DNA of 64,000 bases. Source: Escherichia coli. Its GTDB lineage: Bacteria; Pseudomonadota; Gammaproteobacteria; Enterobacterales; Enterobacteriaceae. A program made the translations under genes and the position numbers. Position 1 is the first letter of the stretch, and every line of letters starts with the position of its first letter. This document shows positions 36,122 to 51,117 of this stretch, one piece after another. The DNA lies in NCBI RefSeq assembly GCF_003790525.1, contig NZ_CP033635.1. The stretch is one strand, 5' to 3'. The notes under the pieces were generated by a model. That model was not told the DNA's origin, ran no database searches, and worked only from the letters and a program-made list of their open reading frames with translations.

Positions 36122-36615
36122 TGAACATTACGCTCGCCCGCATTGATGACCGCCTGATCCACGGCCAGGTCACTACCGTCTGGTCTAAGGTGGCTAACGC
36201 CCAACGCATTATTATCTGCAATGACGAAGTTTATAACGATGAAGTTCGCCGGACATTATTGCGTCAGGCTGCGCCACCGGGAATGAAGGTTAACGTGGTC
36301 AATATTGAAAAAGCCGTCGCGGTTTATCACAACCCGCAATATCAGGACGAAACCGTTTTTTATCTTTTCACTCGCCCACAAGATGCCTTAGCAATGGTTC
36401 GCCAGGGGGTAAAAATAGGTACCCTGAATATTGGCGGTATGGCCTGGCGTCCTGGTAAGAAACAGTTAACCAAAGCAGTTTCATTAGATGACGATGATAT
36501 TAACGCATTTCATGAGTTAAATAATCTTGGCGTCATACTGGATTTACGCGTCGTAGCGTCAGATCCCTCAATCAATATTATCGACAAAATAAACGAACAG
36601 TTAATCGCAAATTAA
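36121..36615 (+). CDS. sorB: PTS sorbose-specific EIIB component
   Basis: 164 aa; MNITLARIDDRLIHGQV (conserved His of mannose-family IIB). Confidence 0.8.
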   Translation: MNITLARIDDRLIHGQVTTVWSKVANAQRIIICNDEVYNDEVRRTLLRQAAPPGMKVNVVNIEKAVAVYHNPQYQDETVFYLFTRPQDALAMVRQGVKIGTLNIGGMAWRPGKKQLTKAVSLDDDDINAFHELNNLGVILDLRVVASDPSINIIDKINEQLIAN

Positions 36616-36680
36616 ATAATAGCGCCTGTGTACATATGCTTTAACAGGCAGGGATGACGACACTTAAAAGGTGACAAATC

Positions 36681-37478
36681 ATGGAAATAAGTACCCTACA
36701 AATTATTGCTATATTTCTTTTTTCCTGTATTGCCGGAATGGGCAGCGTGCTGGATGAATTTCAGACTCATCGTCCGTTAATTGCCTGTACGGTGATTGGT
36801 TTAATTCTCGGTGATTTAAAAACCGGAATTATGCTCGGTGGTACGCTGGAATTGATAGCTCTCGGCTGGATGAACGTCGGCGCGGCGCAATCTCCGGATT
36901 CTGCACTCGCCAGCATAATCTCCGCCATTCTGGTTATCGTTGGTCAGCAAAGCATCGCCACCGGAATCGCCATCGCGTTGCCTGTGGCTGCGGCAGGCCA
37001 GGTGCTGACGGTGTTTGCCCGTACCATCACAGTAGTGTTCCAGCACGCGGCGGATAAAGCAGCAGAAGAGGCGCGGTTTCGCACTCTCGATATTCTGCAT
37101 GTCTCCGCGCTTGGCGTGCAGGCGCTGCGCGTTGCTATTCCGGCACTGATTGTCTCGCTGTTCGTCAGCGCCGATATGGTGAGCAATATGCTGAGCGCCA
37201 TTCCCGAATTTGTGACCCGTGGACTGCAGATTGCTGGCGGTTTTATCGTGGTGGTCGGTTACGCCATGGTGCTTCGCATGATGGGCGTGAAATATTTGAT
37301 GCCTTTCTTTTTCCTCGGTTTCCTCGCAGGTGGCTACCTCGATCTCAGTCTGCTGGCGTTCGGTGGCGTCGGCGTGATCATGGCCCTGCTCTACATCCAG
37401 TTAAATCCACAGTGGCGTAAAGCTGAACCACATCCCCAGACCACCACTATCACCGCCCTTGACCAACTTGATGATTAA
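36681..37478 (+). CDS. sorA: PTS sorbose-specific EIIC component
   Basis: 265-aa polytopic membrane protein. Confidence 0.8.
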   Translation: MEISTLQIIAIFLFSCIAGMGSVLDEFQTHRPLIACTVIGLILGDLKTGIMLGGTLELIALGWMNVGAAQSPDSALASIISAILVIVGQQSIATGIAIALPVAAAGQVLTVFARTITVVFQHAADKAAEEARFRTLDILHVSALGVQALRVAIPALIVSLFVSADMVSNMLSAIPEFVTRGLQIAGGFIVVVGYAMVLRMMGVKYLMPFFFLGFLAGGYLDLSLLAFGGVGVIMALLYIQLNPQWRKAEPHPQTTTITALDQLDD

Positions 37479-37488
37479 CGGAGCCATC

Positions 37489-38313
37489 ATGGAACAGAGA
37501 AAAATTACACGCAGCGATCTGGTGAGCATGTTTCTGCGCTCCAACCTGCAACAGGCATCCTTTAACTTTGAACGTATTCACGGGCTGGGTTTTTGCTACG
37601 ACATGATCCCCGCCATCAAACGACTTTACCCATTAAAAGAGGATCAGGTTGCGGCGCTCAGGCGACACCTAGTGTTCTTCAATACCACGCCAGCCGTATG
37701 TGGCCCGGTCATCGGCGTCACTGCCGCCATGGAAGAGGCGCGAGCCAACGGCGCGGAAATTGATGACGGTACCATTAACGGCATCAAAGTCGGCCTGATG
37801 GGACCGTTGGCAGGTGTTGGCGATCCACTGGTCTGGGGAACGCTGCGCCCGATTACCGCCGCGCTCGGCGCATCTCTGGCACTTTCGGGCAACATTCTCG
37901 GCCCCCTGCTGTTCTTCTTTATTTTCAATGCAGTACGTCTGGCAATGAAATGGTATGGGCTGCAACTGGGCTTTCGTAAAGGGGTGAATATCGTCAGCGA
38001 TATGGGCGGTAATTTGCTGCAAAAACTGACCGAAGGCGCGTCGATTCTCGGGCTGTTTGTAATGGGCGTACTGGTGACCAAATGGACATCGATCAACGTG
38101 CCGTTAGTGGTTTCACAAACGCCTGCCGCCGATGGTGCCACCGTCACTATGACCGTACAGAACATTCTCGACCAGCTTTGCCCTGGATTGCTGGCGCTCG
38201 GTTTGACGCTGCTGATGGTACGTCTGCTCAACAAAAAAATTAACCCGGTATGGCTGATTTTCGCCCTGTTTGGTTTAGGGATTATCGGTAATGCGCTGGG
38301 CTTCCTGTCCTGA
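37489..38313 (+). CDS. sorM: PTS sorbose-specific EIID component
   Basis: Trimmed to MEQRKITRSDLVSMFLRSNLQQASFNFER (274 aa), preceded by RBS ggag. Confidence 0.8.
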   Translation: MEQRKITRSDLVSMFLRSNLQQASFNFERIHGLGFCYDMIPAIKRLYPLKEDQVAALRRHLVFFNTTPAVCGPVIGVTAAMEEARANGAEIDDGTINGIKVGLMGPLAGVGDPLVWGTLRPITAALGASLALSGNILGPLLFFFIFNAVRLAMKWYGLQLGFRKGVNIVSDMGGNLLQKLTEGASILGLFVMGVLVTKWTSINVPLVVSQTPAADGATVTMTVQNILDQLCPGLLALGLTLLMVRLLNKKINPVWLIFALFGLGIIGNALGFLS

Positions 38314-38364
38314 TTCTTCGCCCCGGCACGACTGCCGGGGTCATCGCTCAACATGAGGTGGTTT

Positions 38365-39594
38365 ATGAAAACAACAGCTCTGCGTCTTTATGGCAAACGT
38401 GACCTGCGTCTGGAAACCTTTGACCTTCCTGAAATGCAGGAGGATGAAATCCTCGCGACGGTGGTCACTGACAGCCTGTGCCTCTCTTCCTGGAAAGAGG
38501 CCAATCTGGGGGAAAACCATAAAAAAGTACCCGACGATGTGGCGACCAATCCCATCATCATCGGCCACGAATTTTGCGGCGATATTCTGGCCGTGGGTAA
38601 AAAGTGGCAGCACAAATTCCAGCCGGGTCAGCGTTATGTGATTCAGGCCAACCTGCAACTCCCCGACCGCCCGGACTGCCCCGGCTACTCCTTCCCGTGG
38701 GTAGGCGGCGAAGCGACGCATGTGGTTATTCCCAACGAGGTCATGGAACAAGATTGCCTGCTGGCATACGACGGCGAAACCTATTTTGAAGGCTCGCTGG
38801 TTGAACCGCTTTCCTGCGTGATTGGCGCGTTCAACGCCAACTATCATCTTCAGGAAGGTAGTTATAACCACACGATGGGGATTCGCCCGCAAGGGCGCAC
38901 GCTGATCCTCGGCGGCACCGGACCAATGGGACTGTTGGCGATTGATTATGCGCTGCATGGACCCGTTAACCCGTCGCTGCTCGTTATTACCGATACCGAC
39001 AACGACAAATTGAGTTATGCGCGCAAGCACTATCCATCAGAACCGCAAACACTGATTCATTATCTCAATGCCACCGATGCAGCATTTGATACGTTAATGG
39101 CGCTGAGTGGCGGTCACGGCTTCGATGATATTTTCGTCTTTGTGCCTAATGAAGGACTGGTGACTCTCGCCTCTTCCTTGCTGGCGACAGATGGTTGCCT
39201 GAATTTCTTCGCCGGACCGCAGGATAAACATTTCAGCGCGCCAATTAATTTCTACGATGTGCATTATGCATTTACCCACTACGTGGGCACGTCAGGCGGC
39301 AATACCGACGACATGCGCGCGGCGGTCAAACTGATCGAAGAGAAAAAAGTGCAGGCCGCAAAAGTGGTAACACATATTCTTGGGCTGAATGCCGCGGGCG
39401 AAACCACGCTTGAATTGCCTGCCGTCGGCGGCGGGAAAAAACTGGTGTATACCGGGAAATATCTGCCGCTGACATCACTCACGCAGATTCAGGATGAAGA
39501 ACTGGCGGCGATTCTGGCGCGTCATCAGGGAGTCTGGTCCGGCGAGGCGGAGCAGTACCTGCTCGCCCATGCAGAGGCGATTTCCCATGATTAA
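38365..39594 (+). CDS. sorE: L-sorbose-1-phosphate reductase (zinc-type alcohol dehydrogenase family)
   Basis: Trimmed to MKTTALRLYGKRDLRLETF (409 aa); MDR zinc-ligand region GHEFCGDIL. Confidence 0.75.
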   Translation: MKTTALRLYGKRDLRLETFDLPEMQEDEILATVVTDSLCLSSWKEANLGENHKKVPDDVATNPIIIGHEFCGDILAVGKKWQHKFQPGQRYVIQANLQLPDRPDCPGYSFPWVGGEATHVVIPNEVMEQDCLLAYDGETYFEGSLVEPLSCVIGAFNANYHLQEGSYNHTMGIRPQGRTLILGGTGPMGLLAIDYALHGPVNPSLLVITDTDNDKLSYARKHYPSEPQTLIHYLNATDAAFDTLMALSGGHGFDDIFVFVPNEGLVTLASSLLATDGCLNFFAGPQDKHFSAPINFYDVHYAFTHYVGTSGGNTDDMRAAVKLIEEKKVQAAKVVTHILGLNAAGETTLELPAVGGGKKLVYTGKYLPLTSLTQIQDEELAAILARHQGVWSGEAEQYLLAHAEAISHD

Positions 39595-40399
39595 TCGCGA
39601 TACTCAACTCTGCATGTCGCTGGCCGGCCGCCCCGGTAACTTCGGCACGCGTTTTCACAATTATCTTTATGAAAAGCTGGGGCTGAATTTCATCTATAAA
39701 GCGTTCACCACCCAGGATATTGCAGCGGCGGTGAAAGGGATTCGCGCGTTGGGTATTCGCGGTTGCGCTGTGTCGATGCCGTTTAAAGAAAGCTGCATGC
39801 CTTTTCTCGACGCGATCGATCCGTCGGCGAAGGTCATTGATTCCGTGAATACCATCGTGAATGACGACGGCAGGCTGACCGGGTTTAACACCGACTATAT
39901 CGCGGTGAAAAGCCTGATTACCCACCACCAGCTCAATACCACCACGCGAGTGATGATTCGCGGCAGTGGCGGCATGGGCAAAGCGGTGATTGCCGCCTTT
40001 CGCGACGCGGGGTTTACGGATGTTATCATTGCCGCCCGCAACCGCGAGAGCGGCCCGGCGCTGGCGAAGCAGTATGGGTTTCAGTGGCAACCGCAGCCGG
40101 AAGGCATCGCCTGCGACATTCTGGTCAACGTGACGCCCGTTGGCATGAGCGGCGGTAAAGAGAGCCATGAGCTGGCCTTCAGCGAAGCGATGGTCTCAAC
40201 GGCAAGCGTCGTTTTTGATGTCGTGGCCTTGCCGCCGGAAACGCCGCTCATTCGCCTGGCGCAACGGCTTGATAAGCAGACGATTAGCGGTGCGGAGGTG
40301 ATTGCTTTACAGGCCGTCGAGCAGTTCGCAATGTATACCGGCGTACGGCCTGATGCGCAACTGATTGCTGAGGCGGCACAATTTGCACGAGAAGGATAA
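39587..40399 (+). CDS. shikimate/quinate 5-dehydrogenase-like protein (AroE/YdiB family), eighth gene of the sor cluster
   Basis: 270 aa; start overlaps the sorE stop (ATGATTAA); AroE-like motifs: N-terminal substrate region, SMPFKE (catalytic Lys), NTD (catalytic Asp), Gly-rich Rossmann GSGGMGKA. Confidence 0.7.
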   Translation: MINRDTQLCMSLAGRPGNFGTRFHNYLYEKLGLNFIYKAFTTQDIAAAVKGIRALGIRGCAVSMPFKESCMPFLDAIDPSAKVIDSVNTIVNDDGRLTGFNTDYIAVKSLITHHQLNTTTRVMIRGSGGMGKAVIAAFRDAGFTDVIIAARNRESGPALAKQYGFQWQPQPEGIACDILVNVTPVGMSGGKESHELAFSEAMVSTASVVFDVVALPPETPLIRLAQRLDKQTISGAEVIALQAVEQFAMYTGVRPDAQLIAEAAQFAREG

Positions 40400-40521
40400 G
40401 AAACATCAGCGCCTTGTTTGCCACGCCAGAAGCAATGCGCAACATCGTGAGCCATGTCAGTAAGCGGTTAAAATCACAGTGGTAGCATGGCTCCCGTGAT
40501 TTCTTACTAACCGGAGAAGTA

Positions 40522-41211
40522 ATGGAACTGCTTTTATTGAGTAACTCGACGCTGCCGGGTAAAGCCTGGCTGGAACATGCGCTGCCGCTGATTGCTGAAC
40601 AGTTGCAGGGTCGCCGTTCAGCGGTATTTATTCCTTTCGCTGGCGTAACGCAGACCTGGGATGATTACACAGCGAAAACGGCTGCGGTTCTCGCTCCGCT
40701 GGGTGTTTCTGTCACCGGTATTCATAGCGTTGTCGATCCCGTTGCCGCGATTGAAAATGCTGAGATCGTGATTGTCGGCGGCGGGAATACTTTCCAGTTG
40801 CTGAAACAGTGCCGCGAGCGCGGGCTGCTGGCACCAATTACTGACGTGGTTAAACGTGGCGCGCTGTATATTGGCTGGAGCGCAGGCGCTAACCTTGCTT
40901 GCCCAACCATTCGTACCACCAACGATATGCCGATTGTCGATCCGCAAGGTTTCGATGCGCTGAATCTGTTCCCGTTGCAAATCAACCCGCACTTCACCAA
41001 CGCGCTGCCGGAAGGCCATAAAGGTGAAACGCGTGAGCAGCGTATTCGCGAACTGCTGGTCGTCGCGCCAGAACTCACAATTATTGGTCTACCGGAAGGT
41101 AACTGGATCACGGTGAGTAAAGGTCACGCTACGCTGGGTGGCCCGAACACCACTTATGTGTTTAAGGCTGGTGAAGAAGCGGTTCCGCTGGAAGCGGGTC
41201 ACCGTTTTTAA
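40522..41211 (+). CDS. pepE: peptidase E (alpha-aspartyl dipeptidase)
   Basis: 229 aa; [28 protein letters not shown]; S51-family catalytic Ser region GWSAGAN. Confidence 0.93.
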
Positions 41212-41251
41212 ATGAATTGCCGGATGCATGATCCGGCATCTTGTTCATCGT

Positions 41252-41289
41252 GCCTGATGCGACGCTTTACGCGTCTTATCAGGCCTACA
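41252..41289. repeat. REP element between pepE and yjbB
   Basis: gcctgatgcgacgctttacgcgtcttatcaggcctaca; an adjacent hairpin gccggatgcatgatccggc at 41219-41237. Confidence 0.6.
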
Positions 41290-41300
41290 GGGTCACGGTA

Positions 41301-42932
41301 TTAATACTCGTCCCGTCCTTCGTCTTCATCCGGCTGTTCCAGCACACTGTAAGCCACCGAACAAAACAGCGAGTTCAGACGCTGCATATCTCCCAGTAAG
41401 CCTAAATGTAGCGAACTGGTTTCAATGCTTTGCACGTTTTGCTGATGCAGGCGATCGACGTGAGCATGGGAATAACGGCGATTAAGAATGCGAAAGCGAT
41501 GCTTGCTGCGGCGCAAACGACGGGCGCTGGTAACATCGCCAGAGAAGAAAACCGACATTGCCAGTTTTAAATTACTGAGCAATTGCTCATAGAGCGCATC
41601 CAGTTCCTTCAAGCCATCAAGCGAAAATGCCCGCCGTGCTGCCAGCGATTTATCGGCAATTTCGCTCCCCATGCGCTCGACGATATCGGAGGCCTGTTCA
41701 AGGTTGAGCGACATTTCGATGATCTCCGCCCAGCGGCGCGACTCTTCCTCCGCCAGCTCTTCTTTTGGCATCCGCGCCAGATACAGCTTAATGGCGGTAT
41801 AGAGAACGTTGATATCATCTGCCAGCTTACGCAGCTCTTTCTCCTGCCGTGGCTCGCCGTGCATCACTTTATTCAGCCCTTCCATCATCTGTTCCATCGC
41901 GTCACCAATGCGCAGGGTTTCGCGCGCGGCGTTCGCCAGAGCAAGCGTGGGCGTATCCAGCGCGCTGACATCCAGATGTTTGGGTCGTAGCTGGGTATCC
42001 AGTTCCGGTTCATCGCGAATAATCGTTTTGCAAAACCGTGCCATCGGGTCAACAAATGGCAGCATGACCAGGCAGCGTACAAGGTTGTAGAAGACGTGGA
42101 AATAGATCACCAGTTCCGCTTTTGGCAGTGGCAACTTCCCCATTGTCTCTGCCAGCAAATGGACAAACGGCAGGATAATCAGGCTACCCACCAGCTTAAA
42201 CAGCAGGCTACCCAGCGCGACACGGCGGGCTGCGGCATTGGCGGCACTGTTGTTGAGCATCGCCAGCAGACCGGAACCGAGGTTAGCACCAATCACCAGA
42301 CAGAGCGCCACGGGGAAGGAGATAATGCCTGCGGCGGTCAGAGTCGCGGTCAGCAGTACAGCAGCAAGGCTGGAGTAGCTGATAATGGCGAACATCGCGC
42401 CAATCAGCGCATCCAGCAGAATATCGCCGGTCAGCGAGGCAAAGATCACCTGAACGCCGTTTGCCTGGGTGATCGGCGTTACGGCCTGCACAATCAACTC
42501 CAGCGCCAGCAAAATCAGCCCAAGACCAATACCGACGCGGCCCAGTTGCCCGGCGCGTGACTGTTTGCGTCCGAGGAAAAAAATCACGCCGATAAAAATA
42601 AGTAACGGTGACAGCCAGGATAAGTCGAAGGTGAGAATACGCGCCATTAGCGCCGTCCCGACATCTGCACCCAGCACAATCACCAGAGCCGGTGCGAGGG
42701 CTACCAGATCCTGAGCGACAAACGAGGTCACCAGCATGGTGGTGGCATTACTGCTCTGCACCAGTGCGGTAACGCCTATCCCCGCGCAAAAGGCGAGCGG
42801 CTTCTTTTCGACGCTTCGGCTAAGAACAGTACGCAGACGCGCGCCGAAGACGCGCATTACGCCTGTTCGAACAATATGAGTCCCCCAGACCAGCAGGGCG
42901 ACGGCAGAAAGCAGGTGAAGCAGCGTTAACAC
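41301..42932 (-). CDS. yjbB: Na/Pi-cotransporter-family membrane protein
   Basis: 543 aa with N-terminal transmembrane repeats and a C-terminal PhoU-like domain; recognised as YjbB. Confidence 0.9.
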   Translation of the reverse strand: MLTLLHLLSAVALLVWGTHIVRTGVMRVFGARLRTVLSRSVEKKPLAFCAGIGVTALVQSSNATTMLVTSFVAQDLVALAPALVIVLGADVGTALMARILTFDLSWLSPLLIFIGVIFFLGRKQSRAGQLGRVGIGLGLILLALELIVQAVTPITQANGVQVIFASLTGDILLDALIGAMFAIISYSSLAAVLLTATLTAAGIISFPVALCLVIGANLGSGLLAMLNNSAANAAARRVALGSLLFKLVGSLIILPFVHLLAETMGKLPLPKAELVIYFHVFYNLVRCLVMLPFVDPMARFCKTIIRDEPELDTQLRPKHLDVSALDTPTLALANAARETLRIGDAMEQMMEGLNKVMHGEPRQEKELRKLADDINVLYTAIKLYLARMPKEELAEEESRRWAEIIEMSLNLEQASDIVERMGSEIADKSLAARRAFSLDGLKELDALYEQLLSNLKLAMSVFFSGDVTSARRLRRSKHRFRILNRRYSHAHVDRLHQQNVQSIETSSLHLGLLGDMQRLNSLFCSVAYSVLEQPDEDEGRDEY

Positions 42933-43095
42933 GAGTTCAGGTTCTCCTTATCGTTATATGTTCCTGAAGCAATTGAATGACCAAAGGACCGGAAACACGC
43001 TGACTGGCATCTTTACTGTGCCTTTTGACCTTCGTTTTTCCGGCTAAGATTATTCCAGCCTGTTTCCAGTATAAGTGTTTCATATTAATAAAGAG

Positions 43096-43120
43096 ACAGG
43101 GCACTCATTGAGCGCCCTGT
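43096..43120 (-). terminator. probable terminator downstream of metH
   Basis: Hairpin acagggcactcattgagcgccctgt with flanking T-rich sequence on both strands. Confidence 0.5.
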
Positions 43121-43151
43121 TTGTTGTAAGGAAAAGTGACAGATTTGTGAA

Positions 43152-46835
<3,684 letters not shown>

Positions 46836-47034
46836 ACTTGCTCCCGACACGCTCAACCCAGATTTAATAAAAATTCAACAAACCATACTGGCATAAACGC
46901 ATCTGTGGTAAAAGCGACCACCACGCAACATGAGATTTGTTCAACATTAACTCATCGGATCAGTTCAGCAACTATTGCATTAGCTAACAATAAAAATGAA
47001 AATGATTTCCACGATGCAGAAAAAGGAGACTGTC

Positions 47035-47859
47035 ATGGTCGCACCCATTCCCGCGAAACGCGGCAGAAAACCCGCCGTTGCCACCGCACCAGCGACTGGA
47101 CAGGTTCAGTCTTTAACGCGTGGCCTGAAATTACTGGAGTGGATTGCCGAATCCAATGGCAGTGTGGCACTCACGGAGCTGGCGCAACAAGCCGGGTTAC
47201 CCAATTCCACGACCCACCGCCTGCTAACCACGATGCAACAGCAGGGTTTCGTGCGTCAGGTTGGCGAACTGGGACACTGGGCAATCGGCGCACATGCCTT
47301 TATGGTCGGCAGCAGCTTTCTCCAGAGCCGTAATTTGTTAGCAATTGTTCACCCTATCCTGCGCAATCTAATGGAAGAGTCTGGCGAAACGGTCAATATG
47401 GCGGTGCTTGATCAAAGCGATCATGAAGCGATTATTATCGACCAGGTACAGTGTACCCACCTGATGCGAATGTCCGCGCCTATCGGCGGTAAATTACCTA
47501 TGCACGCTTCCGGTGCGGGTAAAGCCTTTTTAGCCCAACTGAGCGAAGAACAGGTGACGAAGCTGCTGCACCGCAAAGGGTTACATGCCTATACCCACGC
47601 AACGCTAGTGTCTCCTGTGCATTTAAAAGAAGATCTCGCCCAAACGCGCAAACGGGGTTATTCATTTGACGATGAGGAACATGCGCTGGGGCTACGTTGC
47701 CTTGCAGCGTGTATTTTCGATGAGCACCGTGAACCGTTTGCCGCAATTTCTATTTCCGGACCGATTTCACGTATTACCGATGACCGCGTGACCGAGTTTG
47801 GCGCGATGGTGATTAAAGCGGCGAAGGAAGTGACGCTGGCGTACGGTGGAATGCGCTGA
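47035..47859 (+). CDS. iclR: glyoxylate-bypass repressor IclR
   Basis: Trimmed to MVAPIPAKRGRKPAVA (274 aa); winged HTH plus IclR effector domain. Confidence 0.93.
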   Translation: MVAPIPAKRGRKPAVATAPATGQVQSLTRGLKLLEWIAESNGSVALTELAQQAGLPNSTTHRLLTTMQQQGFVRQVGELGHWAIGAHAFMVGSSFLQSRNLLAIVHPILRNLMEESGETVNMAVLDQSDHEAIIIDQVQCTHLMRMSAPIGGKLPMHASGAGKAFLAQLSEEQVTKLLHRKGLHAYTHATLVSPVHLKEDLAQTRKRGYSFDDEEHALGLRCLAACIFDEHREPFAAISISGPISRITDDRVTEFGAMVIKAAKEVTLAYGGMR

Positions 47860-47875
47860 CTTTTTCGCCTCTGAT

Positions 47876-49600
<1,725 letters not shown>

Positions 49601-49627
49601 TTAGCGCCCTCATCAGGAGCAGAGAAT

Positions 49628-49761
49628 TGCCGGATGCGGCGTAAACGCCTTATCCAGCCTACGTTCGGCAACGGTTGTAGGCATGATAAGACGCGCAAGC
49701 GTCGCATCAGGCATCGTGCACCGATTGCCGGATGCGGCGTAAATGCCTTATCCGGCCTACA
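49628..49761. repeat. BIME: REP elements in the aceA-aceK intergenic region
   Basis: Three REP palindromes at 49628-49662, 49677-49712 and 49726-49761. Confidence 0.8.
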
Positions 49762-49783
49762 GTCAGCAACGTTTGTAGGTTGC

Positions 49784-51088
49784 TTAGAACTGCGATTCTT
49801 CAGTGGAGCCAGTCAGTGCGGTAACCGACGACGTGCCGCCCTGAATAATGGTCGTCACTTTATCGAAGTAACCTGTACCCACTTCCTGCTGGTGAGATAC
49901 GAAGGTATAGCCATCTTTCGCGGCGGCAAATTCCGGCTGCTGCACTTTCTCAACATAGTGCTTCATACCCTCGCCCTGGGCATAGGCGTTTGCCAGGTCA
50001 AACATGTTGAACCACATGCTGTGGATACCTGCCAGGGTGATGAACTGGAACTTGTAGCCCATATCCGACAGCTGCTGCTGGAAGCTGGCAATAGTTTTGT
50101 CGTCGAGGTTTTTCTGCCAGTTGAACGAAGGCGAGCAGTTATAAGCCAGCAGTTTGCCCGGATATTTCGCGTGGATGGCTTGTGCAAAGCGACGCGCCAG
50201 TTCCAGATCCGGCGTGGAGGTTTCACACCATACCAGGTCAGCATATGGCGCATACGCCAGGCCACGGCTGATCGCTTGTTCAATACCTGCATGAGTACGG
50301 AAGAAGCCTTCACTGGTACGCTCGCCGGTAATAAATTCGCTGTCATACGGGTCGCAATCGGAGGTAATCAGATCCGCCGCATCAGCATCGGTACGGGCAA
50401 CCAGAAGGGTTGGAACGCCCGTCACGTCAGCTGCCAGACGCGCCGCGACCAGTTTCTGAATAGCTTCCTGAGTTGGCACTAAAACTTTGCCGCCCATGTG
50501 ACCGCATTTCTTCACTGATGCCAGCTGATCTTCGAAGTGAACTGCCGCTGCACCGGCTTCAATCATCGCTTTCATCAGTTCAAAGGCATTCAGGACACCG
50601 CCAAAACCGGCTTCCGCATCAGCAACGATCGGCAGGAAGTAATCGACATAGCGCGGATCGCCCGGCTCAATGCCCGCGGACCATTGGATCTGATCCGCAC
50701 GGCGGAAGGTGTTGTTGATCCGCTCCACCACAGCTGGCACCGAGTTTGCCGGATAGAGCGACTGATCCGGATACATGCTGGCCGCCAGGTTAGCGTCCGC
50801 CGCTACCTGCCATCCCGACAGATAGACCGCTTCAATACCCGCTTTCGCCTGTTGCAGCGCCTGACCGCCAGTCAGTGCACCGAGGCTGTTGATGTAGCCT
50901 TTTTTCGACTCGCCGTGCAGCAGACGCCACATTTTCGCCGCGCCCAGTTGCGCCAGCGTGCATTCAGGATTGACTGAACCGCGTAATTTCACCACATCTT
51001 CCGCGCTGTATGGCCGAGTAATGCCTTCCCAACGCGGTTGAGTCCACTCTTTCTGTAATTCTTCAATTTGTTGTGTACGGGTTTTCAT
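49784..51088 (-). CDS. aceA: isocitrate lyase
   Basis: Trimmed to [15 protein letters not shown] (434 aa); catalytic KKCGH motif. Confidence 0.95.
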   Translation of the reverse strand: MKTRTQQIEELQKEWTQPRWEGITRPYSAEDVVKLRGSVNPECTLAQLGAAKMWRLLHGESKKGYINSLGALTGGQALQQAKAGIEAVYLSGWQVAADANLAASMYPDQSLYPANSVPAVVERINNTFRRADQIQWSAGIEPGDPRYVDYFLPIVADAEAGFGGVLNAFELMKAMIEAGAAAVHFEDQLASVKKCGHMGGKVLVPTQEAIQKLVAARLAADVTGVPTLLVARTDADAADLITSDCDPYDSEFITGERTSEGFFRTHAGIEQAISRGLAYAPYADLVWCETSTPDLELARRFAQAIHAKYPGKLLAYNCSPSFNWQKNLDDKTIASFQQQLSDMGYKFQFITLAGIHSMWFNMFDLANAYAQGEGMKHYVEKVQQPEFAAAKDGYTFVSHQQEVGTGYFDKVTTIIQGGTSSVTALTGSTEESQF

Positions 51089-51117
51089 GTGCAGATGCTC
51101 CATAGTTATGTGGTGGT

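Noticed and set aside
37644-39030. Two minus-strand ORFs of 229-236 aa (37644-38354 and 38341-39030).
   Set aside because: Antisense to sorM and sorE; no RBS context; low-complexity Arg/Ser/Pro-rich products.
33534-40521. The sor island as a mobile genomic island or prophage remnant.
   Set aside because: No integrase, transposase, tRNA attachment site or flanking direct repeats; GC content and codon usage look native.
49634-50482. 282-aa plus-strand ORF.
   Set aside because: Starts inside the aceA-aceK REP cluster and runs antisense through aceA.
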